A stretch of 35,376 nt of DNA from Callorhinchus milii. Lineage: Eukaryota. Shown one piece after another: positions 10,939-26,119 of this stretch (its first letter is position 1; the number at the start of each line of letters is the position of its first letter). The translations under genes and the position numbers were made by a program. The notes below the pieces were generated by a model. That model saw nothing but the letters and a program-made list of their open reading frames with translations. It searched no databases and had not been told where the DNA came from. Location of the stretch: NCBI RefSeq assembly GCF_018977255.1, contig NW_024705544.1:1-35376 (forward strand). Direction: 5' to 3'.

Positions 10939-13900
10939 GTATTGTACATTAGTATATCATTACATTACTATATTACTGTATTGTATATTAGTATATCATT
11001 GTATTACTATATTACTGTATTGTACATTAGTATATCATTGTATTACTATATTACTGTATTGTACATTAGTATATCATTACATTACTATATTACTGTATTG
11101 TACATTAGTATATCATTACATTACTATATTACTGTATTGTATATTAGTATATCATTGTATTACTATATTACTGTATTGTACATTAGTATATCATTGTATT
11201 ACTATATTACTGTATTGTACATTAGTATATCATTGTATTACTATATTACTGTATTGTACATTAGTATATCATTACATTACTATATTACTGTATTGTATAT
11301 TAGTATATCATTACATTACTAGATTACTATATTGTATATTAGTATATCATTGTGTTACTATATTACTGTATTGTACATTAGTATATCATTGTATTACTAT
11401 ATTACTGTATTGTACATTAGTATATCATTACATTACTATATTACTGTATTGTACATTAGTATATCATTACATTACTATATTACTGTATTGTATATTAGTA
11501 TATCATCGTATTACTATATTACTGTATTGTACATTAGTATATCATTGTATTACTATATTACTGTATTGTACATTAGTATATCATTGTATTACTATATTAC
11601 TGTATTGTACATTAGTATATCATTGTATTACTATATTACTGTATTGTACATTAGTATATCATTACATTACTATATTACTGTATTGTACATTAGTATATCA
11701 TTACATTACTATATTACTGTATTGTACATTAGTATATCATTGTATTACTATATTACTGTATTGTACATTAGTATATCATTACATTACTATATTACTGTAT
11801 TGTATATTAGTATATCATTACATTACTATATTACTGTATTGTACATTAGTATATCATTGTATTACTATATTACTGTATTGTACATTAGTATATCATTGTA
11901 TTACTATATTACTGTATTGTACATTAGTATATCATTGTATTACTATATTACTGTATTGTACATTAGTATATCATTGTATTACTATATTACTGTATTGTAC
12001 ATTAGTATATCATTGTATTACTATATTACTGTATTGTACATTAGTATATCATTGTATTACTATATTACTGTATTGTACATTAGTATATCATTACATTACT
12101 ATATTACTGTATTGTACATTAGTATATCATTGTATTACTATATTACTGTATTGTACATTAGTATATCATTGTATTACTATATTACTGTATTGTACATTAG
12201 TATATCATTGTATTACTATATTACTGTATTGTACATTAGTAGATCATTACAGACGATTCAAGTTTTACTATATTACTGTATTGTATATTACTGTATTATT
12301 ATATTACTGTTTGTACATTAGTATATCATTACATTACTTTATTACTGTATTGTACATTAGTATATCATTACATTACTATATTACTGTATTGTATATTAGT
12401 ATATCATTGTATTACTATATTACTGTATTGTACATTAGTATATCATTGTATTACTATATTACTGTATTGTACATTAGTATATCATTACATTACTATATTA
12501 CTGTATTGTACATTAGTATATCATTACATTACTATATTACTGTATTGTATATTAGTATATCATTGTATTACTATATTACTGTATTGTACATTAGTATATC
12601 ATTGTATTACTATATTACTGTATTGTACATTAGTATATCATTGTATTACTATATTACTGTATTGTACATTAGTATATCATTACATTACTATATTACTGTA
12701 TTGTATATTAGTATATCATTACATTACTATATTACTGTATTGTATATTAGTATATCATTGTATTACTATATTACTGTATTGTACATTAGTATATCATTGT
12801 ATTACTATATTACTGTATTGTACATTAGTATATCATTACATTACTATATTACTGTATTGTACATTAGTATATCATTACATTACTATATTACTGTATTGTA
12901 TATTAGTATATCATTGTATTACTATATTACTGTATTGTACATTAGTATATCATTGTATTACTATATTACTGTATTGTACATTAGTATATCATTACATTAC
13001 TATATTACTGTATTGTACATTAGTATATCATTACATTACTATATTACTGTATTGTATATTAGTATATCATTGTATTACTATATTACTGTATTGTACATTA
13101 GTATATCATTGTATTACTATATTACTGTATTGTACATTAGTATATCATTACATTACTATATTACTGTATTGTACATTAGTATATCATTACATTACTATAT
13201 TACTGTATTGTATATTAGTATATCATTGTATTACTATATTACTGTATTGTACATTAGTATATCATTACATTACTATATTACTGTATTGTATATTAGTATA
13301 TCATTGTATTACTATATTACTGTATTGTACATTAGTATATCATTGTATTACTATATTACTGTATTGTACATTAGTATATCATTGTATTACTATATTACTG
13401 TATTGTACATTAGTATATCATTACATTACTATATTACTGTATTGTATATTAGTATATCATTGTATTACTATATTACTGTATTGTACATTAGTATATCATT
13501 GTATTACTATATTACTGTATTGTACATTAGTATATCATTGTATTACTATATTACTGTATTGTACATTAGTATATCATTACATTACTATATTACTGTATTG
13601 TATATTAGTATATCATTACATTACTATATTACTGTATTGTATATTAGTATATCATTGTATTACTATATTACTGTATTGTACATTAGTATATCATTGTATT
13701 ACTATATTACTGTATTGTACATTAGTATATCATTACATTACTATATTACTGTATTGTACATTAGTATATCATTACATTACTATATTACTGTATTGTATAT
13801 TAGTATATCATTGTATTACTATATTACTGTATTGTACATTAGTATATCATTGTATTACTATATTACTGTATTGTACATTAGTATATCATTACATTACTAT

Positions 13901-16900
13901 ATTACTGTATTGTACATTAGTATATCATTACATTACTATATTACTGTATTGTATATTAGTATATCATTGTATTACTATATTACTGTATTGTACATTAGTA
14001 TATCATTGTATTACTATATTACTGTATTGTACATTAGTATATCATTGTATTACTATATTACTGTATTGTACATTAGTATATCATTACATTACTATATTAC
14101 TGTATTGTATATTAGTATATCATTACATTACTATATTACTGTATTGTATATTAGTATATCATTGTATTACTATATTACTGTATTGTACATTAGTATATCA
14201 TTGTATTACTATATTACTGTATTGTACATTAGTATATCATTACATTACTATATTACTGTATTGTACATTAGTATATCATTACATTACTATATTACTGTAT
14301 TGTATATTAGTATATCATTGTATTACTATATTACTGTATTGTACATTAGTATATCATTGTATTACTATATTACTGTATTGTACATTAGTATATCATTACA
14401 TTACTATATTACTGTATTGTATATTAGTATATCATTGTATTACTATATTACTGTATTGTACATTAGTATATCATTGTATTACTATATTACTGTATTGTAT
14501 ATTAGTATATCATTGTATTACTATATTACTGTATTGTACATTAGTATATCATTGTATTACTATATTACTGTATTGTACATTAGTATATCATTACATTACT
14601 ATATTACTGTATTGTATATTAGTATATCATTATATTACTATATTACTGTATTGTATATTAGTATATCATTGTATTACTATATTACTGTATTGTACATTAG
14701 TATATCATTATTACTATATTACTGTATTGTACATTAGTATATCATTACATTACTATATTACTGTATTGTATATTAGTATATCATTGTATTACTATATTAC
14801 TGTATTGTATATTAGTATATCATTACATTACTATATTACTGTATTGTACATTAGTATATCATTGTATTACTATATTACTGTATTGTACATTAGTATATCA
14901 TTGTATTACTATATTACTGTATTGTACATTAGTATATCATTACATTACTATATTACTGTATTGTATATTAGTATATCATTGTATTACTATATTACTGTAT
15001 TGTACATTAGTATATCATTGTATTACTATATTACTGTATTGTACATTAGTATATCATTGTATTACTATATTACTGTATTGTACATTAGTATATCATTACA
15101 TTACTATATTACTGTATTGTATATTAGTATATCATTACATTACTATATTACTGTATTGTATATTAGTATATCATTGTATTACTATATTACTGTATTGTAC
15201 ATTAGTATATCATTGTATTACTATATTACTGTATTGTACATTAGTATATCATTACATTACTATATTACTGTATTGTATATTAGTATATCATTACATTACT
15301 ATATTACTGTATTGTATATTAGTATATCATTGTATTACTATATTACTGTATTGTACATTAGTATATCATTGTATTACTATATTACTGTATTGTACATTAG
15401 TATATCATTACATTACTATATTACTGTATTGTACATTAGTATATCATTACATTACTATATTACTGTATTGTACATTAGTATATCATTGTATTACTATATT
15501 ACTGTATTGTACATTAGTATATCATTACATTACTATATTACTGTATTGTACATTAGTATATCATTGTATTACTATATTACTGTATTGTACATTAGTATAT
15601 CATTGTATTACTATATTACTGTATTGTACATTAGTATATCATTGTATTACTATATTACTGTATTGTACATTAGTATATCATTACATTACTATATTACTGT
15701 ATTGTATATTAGTATATCATTACATTACTATATTACTGTATTGTATATTAGTATATCATTGTATTACTATATTACTGTATTGTACATTAGTATATCATTG
15801 TATTACTATATTACTGTATTGTACATTAGTATATCATTACATTACTATATTACTGTATTGTATATTAGTATATCATTACATTACTATATTACTGTATTGT
15901 ATATTAGTATATCATTGTATTACTATATTACTGTATTGTACATTAGTATATCATTGTATTACTATATTACTGTATTGTACATTAGTATATCATTACATTA
16001 CTATATTACTGTATTGTACATTAGTATATCATTACATTACTATATTACTGTATTGTATATTAGTATATCATTGTATTACTATATTACTGTATTGTACATT
16101 AGTATATCATTGTATTACTATATTACTGTATTGTACATTAGTATATCATTACATTACTATATTACTGTATTGTATATTAGTATATCATTGTATTACTATA
16201 TTACTGTATTGTACATTAGTATATCATTGTATTACTATATTACTGTATTGTATATTAGTATATCATTGTATTACTATATTACTGTATTGTACATTAGTAT
16301 ATCATTACATTACTATATTACTGTATTGTATATTAGTATATCATTGCATTACTATATTACCGTATTGTATATTAGTATATCATTGTATTACTATATTACT
16401 GTATTGTACATTAGTATATCATTGTATTACTATATTACTGTATTGTACATTAGTATATCATTACATTACTATATTACTGTATTGTATATTAGTATATCAT
16501 TGTATTACTATATTACTGTATTGTATATTAGTATATCATTACATTACTATATTACTGTATTGTACATTAGTATATCATTGTATTACTATATTACTGTATT
16601 GTACATTAGTATATCATTGTATTACTATATTACTGTATTGTACATTAGTATATCATTACATTACTATATTACTGTATTGTATATTAGTATATCATTGTAT
16701 TACTATATTACTGTATTGTACATTAGTATATCATTGTATTACTATATTACTGTATTGTACATTAGTATATCATTGTATTACTATATTACTGTATTGTACA
16801 TTAGTATATCATTACATTACTATATTACTGTATTGTATATTAGTATATCATTACATTACTATATTACTGTATTGTATATTAGTATATCATTGTATTACTA

Positions 16901-19900
16901 TATTACTGTATTGTACATTAGTATATCATTGTATTACTATATTACTGTATTGTACATTAGTATATCATTACATTACTATATTACTGTATTGTATATTAGT
17001 ATATCATTACATTACTATATTACTGTATTGTATATTAGTATATCATTGTATTACTATATTACTGTATTGTACATTAGTATATCATTGTATTACTATATTA
17101 CTGTATTGTACATTAGTATATCATTGTATTACTATATTACTGTATTGTACATTAGTATATCATTACATTACTATATTACTGTATTGTACATTAGTATATC
17201 ATTACATTACTATATTACTGTATTGTATATTAGTATATCATTGTATTACTATATTACTGTATTGTACATTAGTATATCATTGTATTACTATATTACTGTA
17301 TTGTACATTAGTATATCATTACATTACTATATTACTGTATTGTATATTAGTATATCATTGTATTACTATATTACTGTATTGTACATTAGTATATCATTGT
17401 ATTACTATATTACTGTATTGTACATTAGTATATCATTACATTACTATATTACTGTATTGTATATTAGTATATCATTGTATTACTATATTACTGTATTGTA
17501 CATTAGTATATCATTGTATTACTATATTACTGTATTGTACATTAGTATATCATTACATTACTATATTACTGTATTGTACATTAGTATATCATTGTATTAC
17601 TATATTACTGTATTGTACATTAGTATATCATTACATTACTATATTACTGTATTGTACATTAGTATATCATTACATTACTATATTACTGTATTGTATATTA
17701 GTATATCATTACATTACTATATTACTGTATTGTATATTAGTATATCATTGTATTACTATATTACTGTATTGTACATTAGTATATCATTGTATTACTATAT
17801 TACTGTATTGTACATTAGTATATCATTACATTACTATATTACTGTATTGTACATTAGTATATCATTACATTACTATATTACTGTATTGTATATTAGTATA
17901 TCATTGTATTACTATATTACTGTATTGTACATTAGTATATCATTGTATTACTATATTACTGTATTGTACATTAGTATATCATTACATTACTATATTACTG
18001 TATTGTATATTAGTATATCATTGTATTACTATATTACTGTATTGTACATTAGTATATCATTGTATTACTATATTACTGTATTGTATATTAGTATATCATT
18101 GTATTACTATATTACTGTATTGTACATTAGTATATCATTGTATTACTATATTACTGTATTGTACATTAGTATATCATTACATTACTATATTACTGTATTG
18201 TATATTAGTATATCATTACATTACTATATTACTGTATTGTATATTAGTATATCATTGTATTACTATATTACTGTATTGTACATTAGTATATCATTGTATT
18301 ACTATATTACTGTATTGTACATTAGTATATCATTACATTACTATATTACTGTATTGTATATTAGTATATCATTGTATTACTATATTACTGTATTGTATAT
18401 TAGTATATCATTACATTACTATATTACTGTATTGTACATTAGTATATCATTGTATTACTATATTACTGTATTGTACATTAGTATATCATTGTATTACTAT
18501 ATTACTGTATTGTACATTAGTATATCATTACATTACTATATTACTGTATTGTATATTAGTATATCATTGTATTACTATATTACTGTATTGTACATTAGTA
18601 TATCATTGTATTACTATATTACTGTATTGTACATTAGTATATCATTGTATTACTATATTACTGTATTGTACATTAGTATATCATTACATTACTATATTAC
18701 TGTATTGTATATTAGTATATCATTACATTACTATATTACTGTATTGTATATTAGTATATCATTGTATTACTATATTACTGTATTGTACATTAGTATATCA
18801 TTGTATTACTATATTACTGTATTGTACATTAGTATATCATTACATTACTATATTACTGTATTGTATATTAGTATATCATTACATTACTATATTACTGTAT
18901 TGTATATTAGTATATCATTGTATTACTATATTACTGTATTGTACATTAGTATATCATTGTATTACTATATTACTGTATTGTACATTAGTATATCATTACA
19001 TTACTATATTACTGTATTGTACATTAGTATATCATTACATTACTATATTACTGTATTGTACATTAGTATATCATTGTATTACTATATTACTGTATTGTAC
19101 ATTAGTATATCATTACATTACTATATTACTGTATTGTACATTAGTATATCATTGTATTACTATATTACTGTATTGTACATTAGTATATCATTGTATTACT
19201 ATATTACTGTATTGTACATTAGTATATCATTGTATTACTATATTACTGTATTGTACATTAGTGTATAATTACATTACTATATTACTGTATTGTATATTAG
19301 TATATCATTACATTACTATATTACTGTATTGTATATTAGTATATCATTGTATTACTATATTACTGTATTGTACATTAGTATATCATTGTATTACTATATT
19401 ACTGTATTGTACATTAGTATATCATTACATTACTATATTACTGTATTGTATATTAGTATATCATTACATTACTATTTTACTGTATTGTATATTAGTATAT
19501 CATTGTATTACTATATTACTGTATTGTACATTAGTATATTATTGTATTACTATATTACTGTATTGTACATTAGTATATCATTACATTACTATATTACTGT
19601 ATTGTACATTAGTATATCATTACATTACTATATTACTGTATTGTATATTAGTATATCATTGTATTACTATATTACTGTATTGTACATTAGTATATCATTG
19701 TATTACTATATTACTGTATTGTACATTAGTATATCATTACATTACTATATTACTGTATTGTATATTAGTATATCATTGTATTACTATATTACTGTATTGT
19801 ACATTAGTATATCATTGTATTACTATATTACTGTATTGTATATTAGTATATCATTGTATTACTATATTACTGTATTGTACATTAGTATATCATTGTATTA

Positions 19901-21271
19901 CTATATTACTGTATTGTACATTAGTATATCATTACATTACTATATTACTGTATTGTATATTAGTATATCATTACATTACTATATTACTATATTGTATATT
20001 AGTATATCATTGTATTACTATATTACTGTATTGTACATTAGTATATCATTGTATTACTATATTACTGTATTGTACATTAGTATATCATTACATTACTACA
20101 TTACTGTATTGTATATTAGTATATCATTGTATTACTATATTACTGTATTGTATATTAGTATATCATTGTATTACTATATTACTGTATTGTATATCAGTAT
20201 ATCATTAAATTACTATATTACTGTATTGTATATTCGTATATCATTACATTACTATATTACTGTATTGTAAATTAGTATATCATTACATTACTATATTACT
20301 GTATTGTACATTAGTATATCATTACATTACTATATTACTGTATTGTACATTAGTATATCATTACATTACTATATTACTGTATTGTACATTAGTATATCAT
20401 TGGATTACTATATTACTGTATTGTATATTAGTATATCATTGAATTACTATATTACTGGTTTACATTAGTATATCATTGTATTACTATATTACTGTATTGT
20501 ACATTAGTATATCATTACATTACTATATTACTGTATTGTACATTAGTATATCATTACATTACTATATTACTGTATTGTATATTAGTATATCATTGTATTA
20601 CTATATTACTGTATTGTACATTAGTATATCATTGTATTACTATATTACTGTATTGTACATTAGTATATCATTACATTACTATATTACTGTATTGTACATT
20701 AGTATATCATTACATTACTATATTACTGTATTGTACATTAGTATATCATTACATTACTATATTACTGTATTGTACATTAGTATATCATTGGATTACTATA
20801 TTACTGTATTGTATATTAGTATATCATTGAATTACTATATTACTGGTTTACATTAGTATATCATTGTATTACTATATTACTGTATTGTACATTAGTATAT
20901 CATTACATTACTATATTACTGTATTGTACATTAGTATATCATTACATTACTATATTACTGCATTGTATATTAGTATATCATTGTATTACTATATTACTGT
21001 ATTGTACATTAGTATATCATTGTATTACTATATTACTGTATTGTACATTAGTATATCATTACATTACTATATTACTGTATTGTACATTAGTATATCATTA
21101 CATTACTATATTACTGTATTGTACATTAGTATATCATTACATTACTATATTACTGTATTGTACATTAGTATATCATTGTATTACTATATTACTGTATTGT
21201 ACATTAGTATATCATTGTATTACTATATTACTGTATTGTACATTAGTATATCATTGTATTACTATATTACT

Positions 21272-21587
21272 TGTGGAGTCCTGTAGCTCAGTGGTTAGAG
21301 CACTCGCTTTGCAAGTGAGAGACCTGAGTTCAATTCCAGGCAGGACGAAACCTTGGGCAATTTTCCTTACTCCACACGCCTAATAATCCCTCCAAAACTA
21401 AAAACAATAATTAAATTGGTCATTTTCAATTTTCAATGTTTGTGGGACATTGCTGTGCGCAATTGGCTGCCGCGTTCGCCCACAAACATACAGTCAATTC
21501 ACTTTACAGTGTGTTCTGTGAAGCGCTTTGGGACGTCCTCCCGACGTGAAAAACGCTATATCAAATGCAAGGATTATTATTATTATT
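21272..21587 (+). mobile_element. tRNA-Ala-derived SINE, DeuSINE-like 3' body and L2-type tail
   Basis: A box TAGCTCAGTGG, B box GAGTTCAATTC, body GCTGTGCGCAATTGGCTGCCGCGTT, tail GCGCTTTGGGACGTC...CGCTATATCAAATGCAAGG(ATT)n. Family resemblance is from recall. Confidence 0.93.
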
Positions 21588-22450
21588 GTATTGTACATTA
21601 GTATATCATTACATTACTATATTACTGTATTGTATATTAGTATATCATTACATTACTATATTACTGTATTGTACATTAGTATATCATTACATTACTATAT
21701 TACTGTATTGTACATTAGTATATCATTGGATTACTATATTACTGTATTGTATATTAGTATATCATTGTATTACTACATTACTGTATTGTACATTAGTATA
21801 TAATTGTATTACTATATTACTGTATTGTACATTAGTATATCATTACATTACTATATTACTGTATTGTATATTAGTATATCATTACATTACTATATTACTG
21901 TATTGTATATTAGTATATCATTGTATTACTATATTACTGTATTGTACATTAGTATATCATTACATTACTATATTACTGTATTGTACATTAGTATATCATT
22001 ACATTACTATATTACTGTATTGTACATTAGTATATCATTGGATTACTATATTACTGTATTGTATATTAGTATATCATTGTATTACTATATTACTGTATTG
22101 TACATTAGTATATCATTGTATTACTATATTACTGTATTGTACATTAGTATATCATTACATTACTATATTACTGTATTGTATATTAGTATATCATTACATT
22201 ACTATATTACTGTATTGTACATTAGTATATCATTACATTACTATATTACTGTATTGTACATTAGTATATCATTGGATTACTATATTACTGTATTGTATAT
22301 TAGTATATCATTGTATTACTACATTACTGTATTGTACATTAGTATATAATTGTATTACTATATTACTGTATTGTACATTAGTATATCATTACATTACTAT
22401 ATTACTGTATTGTATATTAGTATATCATTACATTACTATATTACTGTATT

Positions 22451-22779
22451 GTGGAGTCCTGTAGCTCAGTGGTTAGAGCACTCGCTTTGCAAGCGAGAGA
22501 CCTGAGTTCAATTCCAGGCAGAGGGCGAAACCTTTGGCAAGTTTCCTTACTCCACACAGAGCCTAATAATAGTCCCTCCAAAACCAAAAACAATAATAAA
22601 TTGGTCATTTTCAATCTACGACTGTTTGTGGGACATTGCTGTGCGCAATTGGCTGCCGCGTTCGCCCACAAATATACAGTCAATTCACTTTACAGTGTGT
22701 TCTGTGAAGCGCTTTGGGACGTCCTCCCGACGTGAAAAGCGCTATATCAAATGCAAGGATTATTATTATTATTATTATT
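22451..22779 (+). mobile_element. tRNA-Ala-derived SINE, apparently full length
   Basis: Intact anticodon arm CTCGC-TTTGCAA-GCGAG (TGC = Ala), A and B boxes, same 3' tail and (ATT)n. Confidence 0.94.
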
Positions 22780-23452
22780 GTATATTAGTATATCATTGTA
22801 TTACTATATTACTGTATTGTACATTAGTATATCATTGTATTACTATATTACTGTATTGTACATTAGTATATCATTACATTACTATATTACTGTATTGTAC
22901 ATTAGTATATCATTACATTACTATATTACTGTATTGTATATTAGTATATCATTGTATTACTATATTACTGTATTGTATATTAGTATATCATTGTATTACT
23001 ATATTACTGTATTGTACATTAGTATATCATTGTATTACTATATTACTGTATTGTACATTAGTATATCATTACATTACTATATTACTGTATTGTATATTAG
23101 TATATCATTACATTACTATATTACTGTATTGTATATTAGTATATCATTGTATTACTATATTACTGTATTGTACATTAGTATATCATTGTATTACTATATT
23201 ACTGTATTGTATATTAGTATATCATTGTATTACTATATTACTGTATTGTACATTAGTATATCATTGTATTACTATATTACTGTATTGTACATTAGTATAT
23301 CATTGTATTACTATATTACTGTATTGTATATTAGTATATCATTACATTACTATATTACTGTATTGTATATTAGTATATCATTACATTACTATATTACTGT
23401 ATTGTATATTAGTATATCATTGTATTACTATATTACTGTATTGTAATACAAT

Positions 23453-24757
23453 GAGAGGGGGGGGAGGGGGGGGAGAGGGGGTGGGGAGAGAGAGAGCAAC
23501 AGAGAGAGAGAGAGGGGGGAGAGAGAGTGGGGGGGGAGAGAGAGGGGTGGGAGAGAGAGAGGGGGGGGGAGAGAGAGAGGGGGGGGGGAGAGAGAGAGGG
23601 GGGGGGAGAGAGAGAGGGGGGGGGAGAGAGAGGGGGGGGAGAGAGAGAGAGGGGGGGGGAGAGAGAGAGAGGGGGGGGGAGAGAGAGAGAGGGGGGGGGG
23701 GAGAGAGAGGGGGGGGGGAGAGAGAGGGGGGGGAGAGAGAGAGAGGGGGGGGGAGAGAGAGAGAGGGGGGGGGAGAGAGAGAGAGGGGGGGGAGAGAGAG
23801 AGGGGGGGGAGAGAGAGAGGGGGGGGGAGAGAGAGAGAGGGGGGGGGAGAGAGAGGGGGGGGAGAGAGAGAGGGGGGGGGAGAGAGAGAGGGGGGGGAGA
23901 GAGAGAGGGGGGGAGAGAGAGAGGGGGGAGAGAGAGAGAGGGGGGGGAGAGAGAGAGGGGGGGGAGAGAGAGAGGGGGGGAGAGAGAGAGAGGGGGGGGG
24001 GGAGGGGGGAGAGAGAGAGAGAGAGAGGGGGGGGAGAGAGAGAGAGGGGGGGGAGAGAGAGAGGGGGGGAGAGAGAGAGGGGGGGGGAGAGAGAGGGAGG
24101 GGGGGGAGAGAGAGGGGGGGAGAGAGAGGGGAGAGAGAGAGGGGGGAGAGAGAGAGAGAGGGGGGGAGAGAGAGAGGGGGGAGAGAGAGAGGGGAGAGAG
24201 AGAGGGGGGGGGAGAGAGAAGAGGGGGGGAGAGAGAGAGGGGGAGAGAGAGAGAGGGGGGGAGAGAGAAGAGGGAGAGAGAGAGAGAGGGGGGAGAGAGA
24301 GAGAGGGGGGAGAGAGAGAGAGAGGGGGGAGAGAGAGAGAGAGAGGGGGGAGAGAGAGAGAGGGGGGGAGAGAGAGAGAGAGAGGGGAGAGAGAGGGGGA
24401 GAGAGAGAGGGGGGGGAGAGAGAGAGAGGGGGGGGAGAGAGAGAGAGGGGGGGGAGAGAGAGAGGGGGGGGAGAGAGAGAGAGGGGGGGAGAGAGAGAGA
24501 GAGGGGGGGAGAGAGAGAGAGGGGGGGAGAGAGAGAGGGGGGAGAGAGAAAGAGAGAGGGGGGGGAGAGAGAGAGGGGGGGAGAGAGAGAGAGAAGGGGG
24601 GGGGAGAGAGAGAGAGGGGGGGGGGAGAGAGAGAGAGAGGGGGGGGAGAGAGAGAGAGAAGGGGGGGGAGAGAGAGCAACAGAGAGAGAGAGAGAGAGGG
24701 GGGGGGAGAGACGGAGAGAGAGCGACAGAGAGAGAGAGAGACAGAGAGAGAGAGAGT
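23453..24757. repeat. ~1.3-kb polypurine tract of alternating (G)n and (GA)n
   Basis: Almost no pyrimidines on the plus strand. Confidence 0.95.
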
Positions 24758-25975
24758 GTGAGAGCGACTAAGAGAGAGAGAGTGTGAGAGAAAGAGAGAG
24801 CGACTGAGAGTGTGAGAGACTGAGAGTGTGTGAGAGCGACTGAGAGACAGTGTGAGAGTGTGAGAGCGACTGAGAGACAGAGAGTGAGAGCGACTGAGAG
24901 AGTGTGAGAGCGACGGAGTGTGAGAGCGACTGAGAGAGTGTGAGAGCGACTGAGAGTGTGAGAGCGACGGAGAGAGTGTGAGAGCGATTGAGAGAGTGTG
25001 AGAGCGACTGAGAGAGAGTGTGAGAGCGACTGAGAGAGTGTGAGAGCGACTGAGAGAGAGTGTGAGAGCGACTGGGAGAGAGAGAGAGAGTGTGAGAGCG
25101 ACTGAGAGACAGTGTGTGAGAGCGACTAAGAGAGAGAGAGAGTGAGAGAGACAGAGAGTGTGAGAGAAAGAGAGAGCGACTCAGAGTGTGAGAGACTGAG
25201 AGTGTGTGAGAGCGACTGAGAGACAGTGTGAGAGAGTGTGAGAGTGACTGAGTGTGTGAGAGCGACTGAGATACAGAGAGTGAGAGCGACTGAGAGAGAG
25301 TGTGAGAGAGTGTGAGAGTGACTGAGTGTGTGAGAGCGACTGAGAGACAGAGTGAGAGCGACTGAGAGAGAGTGTGAGAGAGTGTGAGAGTGACTGAGTG
25401 TGTGAGAGCGACTGAGAGACAGAGTGAGAGCGACTGAGAGAGAGTGTGAGAGCGACTGAGAGTGTGAGAGCGACGGAGTGTGAGAGCGACTGAGAGTGTG
25501 TGAGAGCGACTGAGAGTGTGAGAGCGACTGAGAGTGTGTGAGAGCGACTGAGAGTGTGTGAGAGCGACTGAAAGTGTGAGAGCGACTGAGAGTGTGTGAG
25601 AGCGACTGAGAGTGTGAGAGCGACTGAGAGTGTGTGAGAGCGACTGAGAGTGTGTGAGAGCGACTGAGAGAGTGAGAGCGACTGAGAATGTGAGAGCGAC
25701 TGAGAATGTGAGAGCGACTGAGAGTGTGAGAGCGACTGAGTGTGTGAGAGCGACTAAGAGTGTGTGAGAGCGACTGAGAGTGTGTGAGAGCGACTGAGAA
25801 TGTGTGAGAGCGACTGAGAGTGTGTGAGAGCGACTGAGAATGTGAGAGCGACTGAGAGAGTGTGAGAGCGACTGAGAATGTGAGAGCGACGGAGACAGTG
25901 TGAGAGCGACTAAGAGAGAGAGAGAGACAGAGAGAGAGTGTGAGAGAAAGAGAGAGCGACTGAGAGTGTGAGAGA
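24758..25975. repeat. GAGAGCGACTGAG minisatellite (copy 2)
   Basis: Same core as 5271-7000. Confidence 0.95.
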
Positions 25976-26119
25976 CACACACACACACGCAGACACACGC
26001 AGACACACGCACACACACGCAGACACACGCAGACACACGCGGTATACCATTGGGACGATAACAATAATATTCACGTCAACAGTCACGTTGATTGCCATTC
26101 GAATAATCAAACCCCTCAT

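Larger units (their letters stand above)
9100..23445. repeat. 39-bp AT-rich minisatellite array 2 (~14.3 kb), interrupted by three SINE copies
   Basis: Same unit and orientation as array 1; very homogeneous from about 12360 to 19250. Confidence 0.98.

Noticed and set aside
22451..22522. tRNA-Ala(TGC) gene
   Set aside because: No proper acceptor stem; it continues into a SINE body and tail, so it is a SINE head.
9100..23445. CRISPR-like array
   Set aside because: Units are contiguous with no unique spacers, there are no cas genes, and the context is eukaryotic.
610..23446. Very long Y/I/L-rich ORFs (up to 1513 aa)
   Set aside because: The unit is 39 bp (13 codons) and stop-free in two plus frames. 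Frames switch at indels and are interrupted by SINEs, with no domain content.
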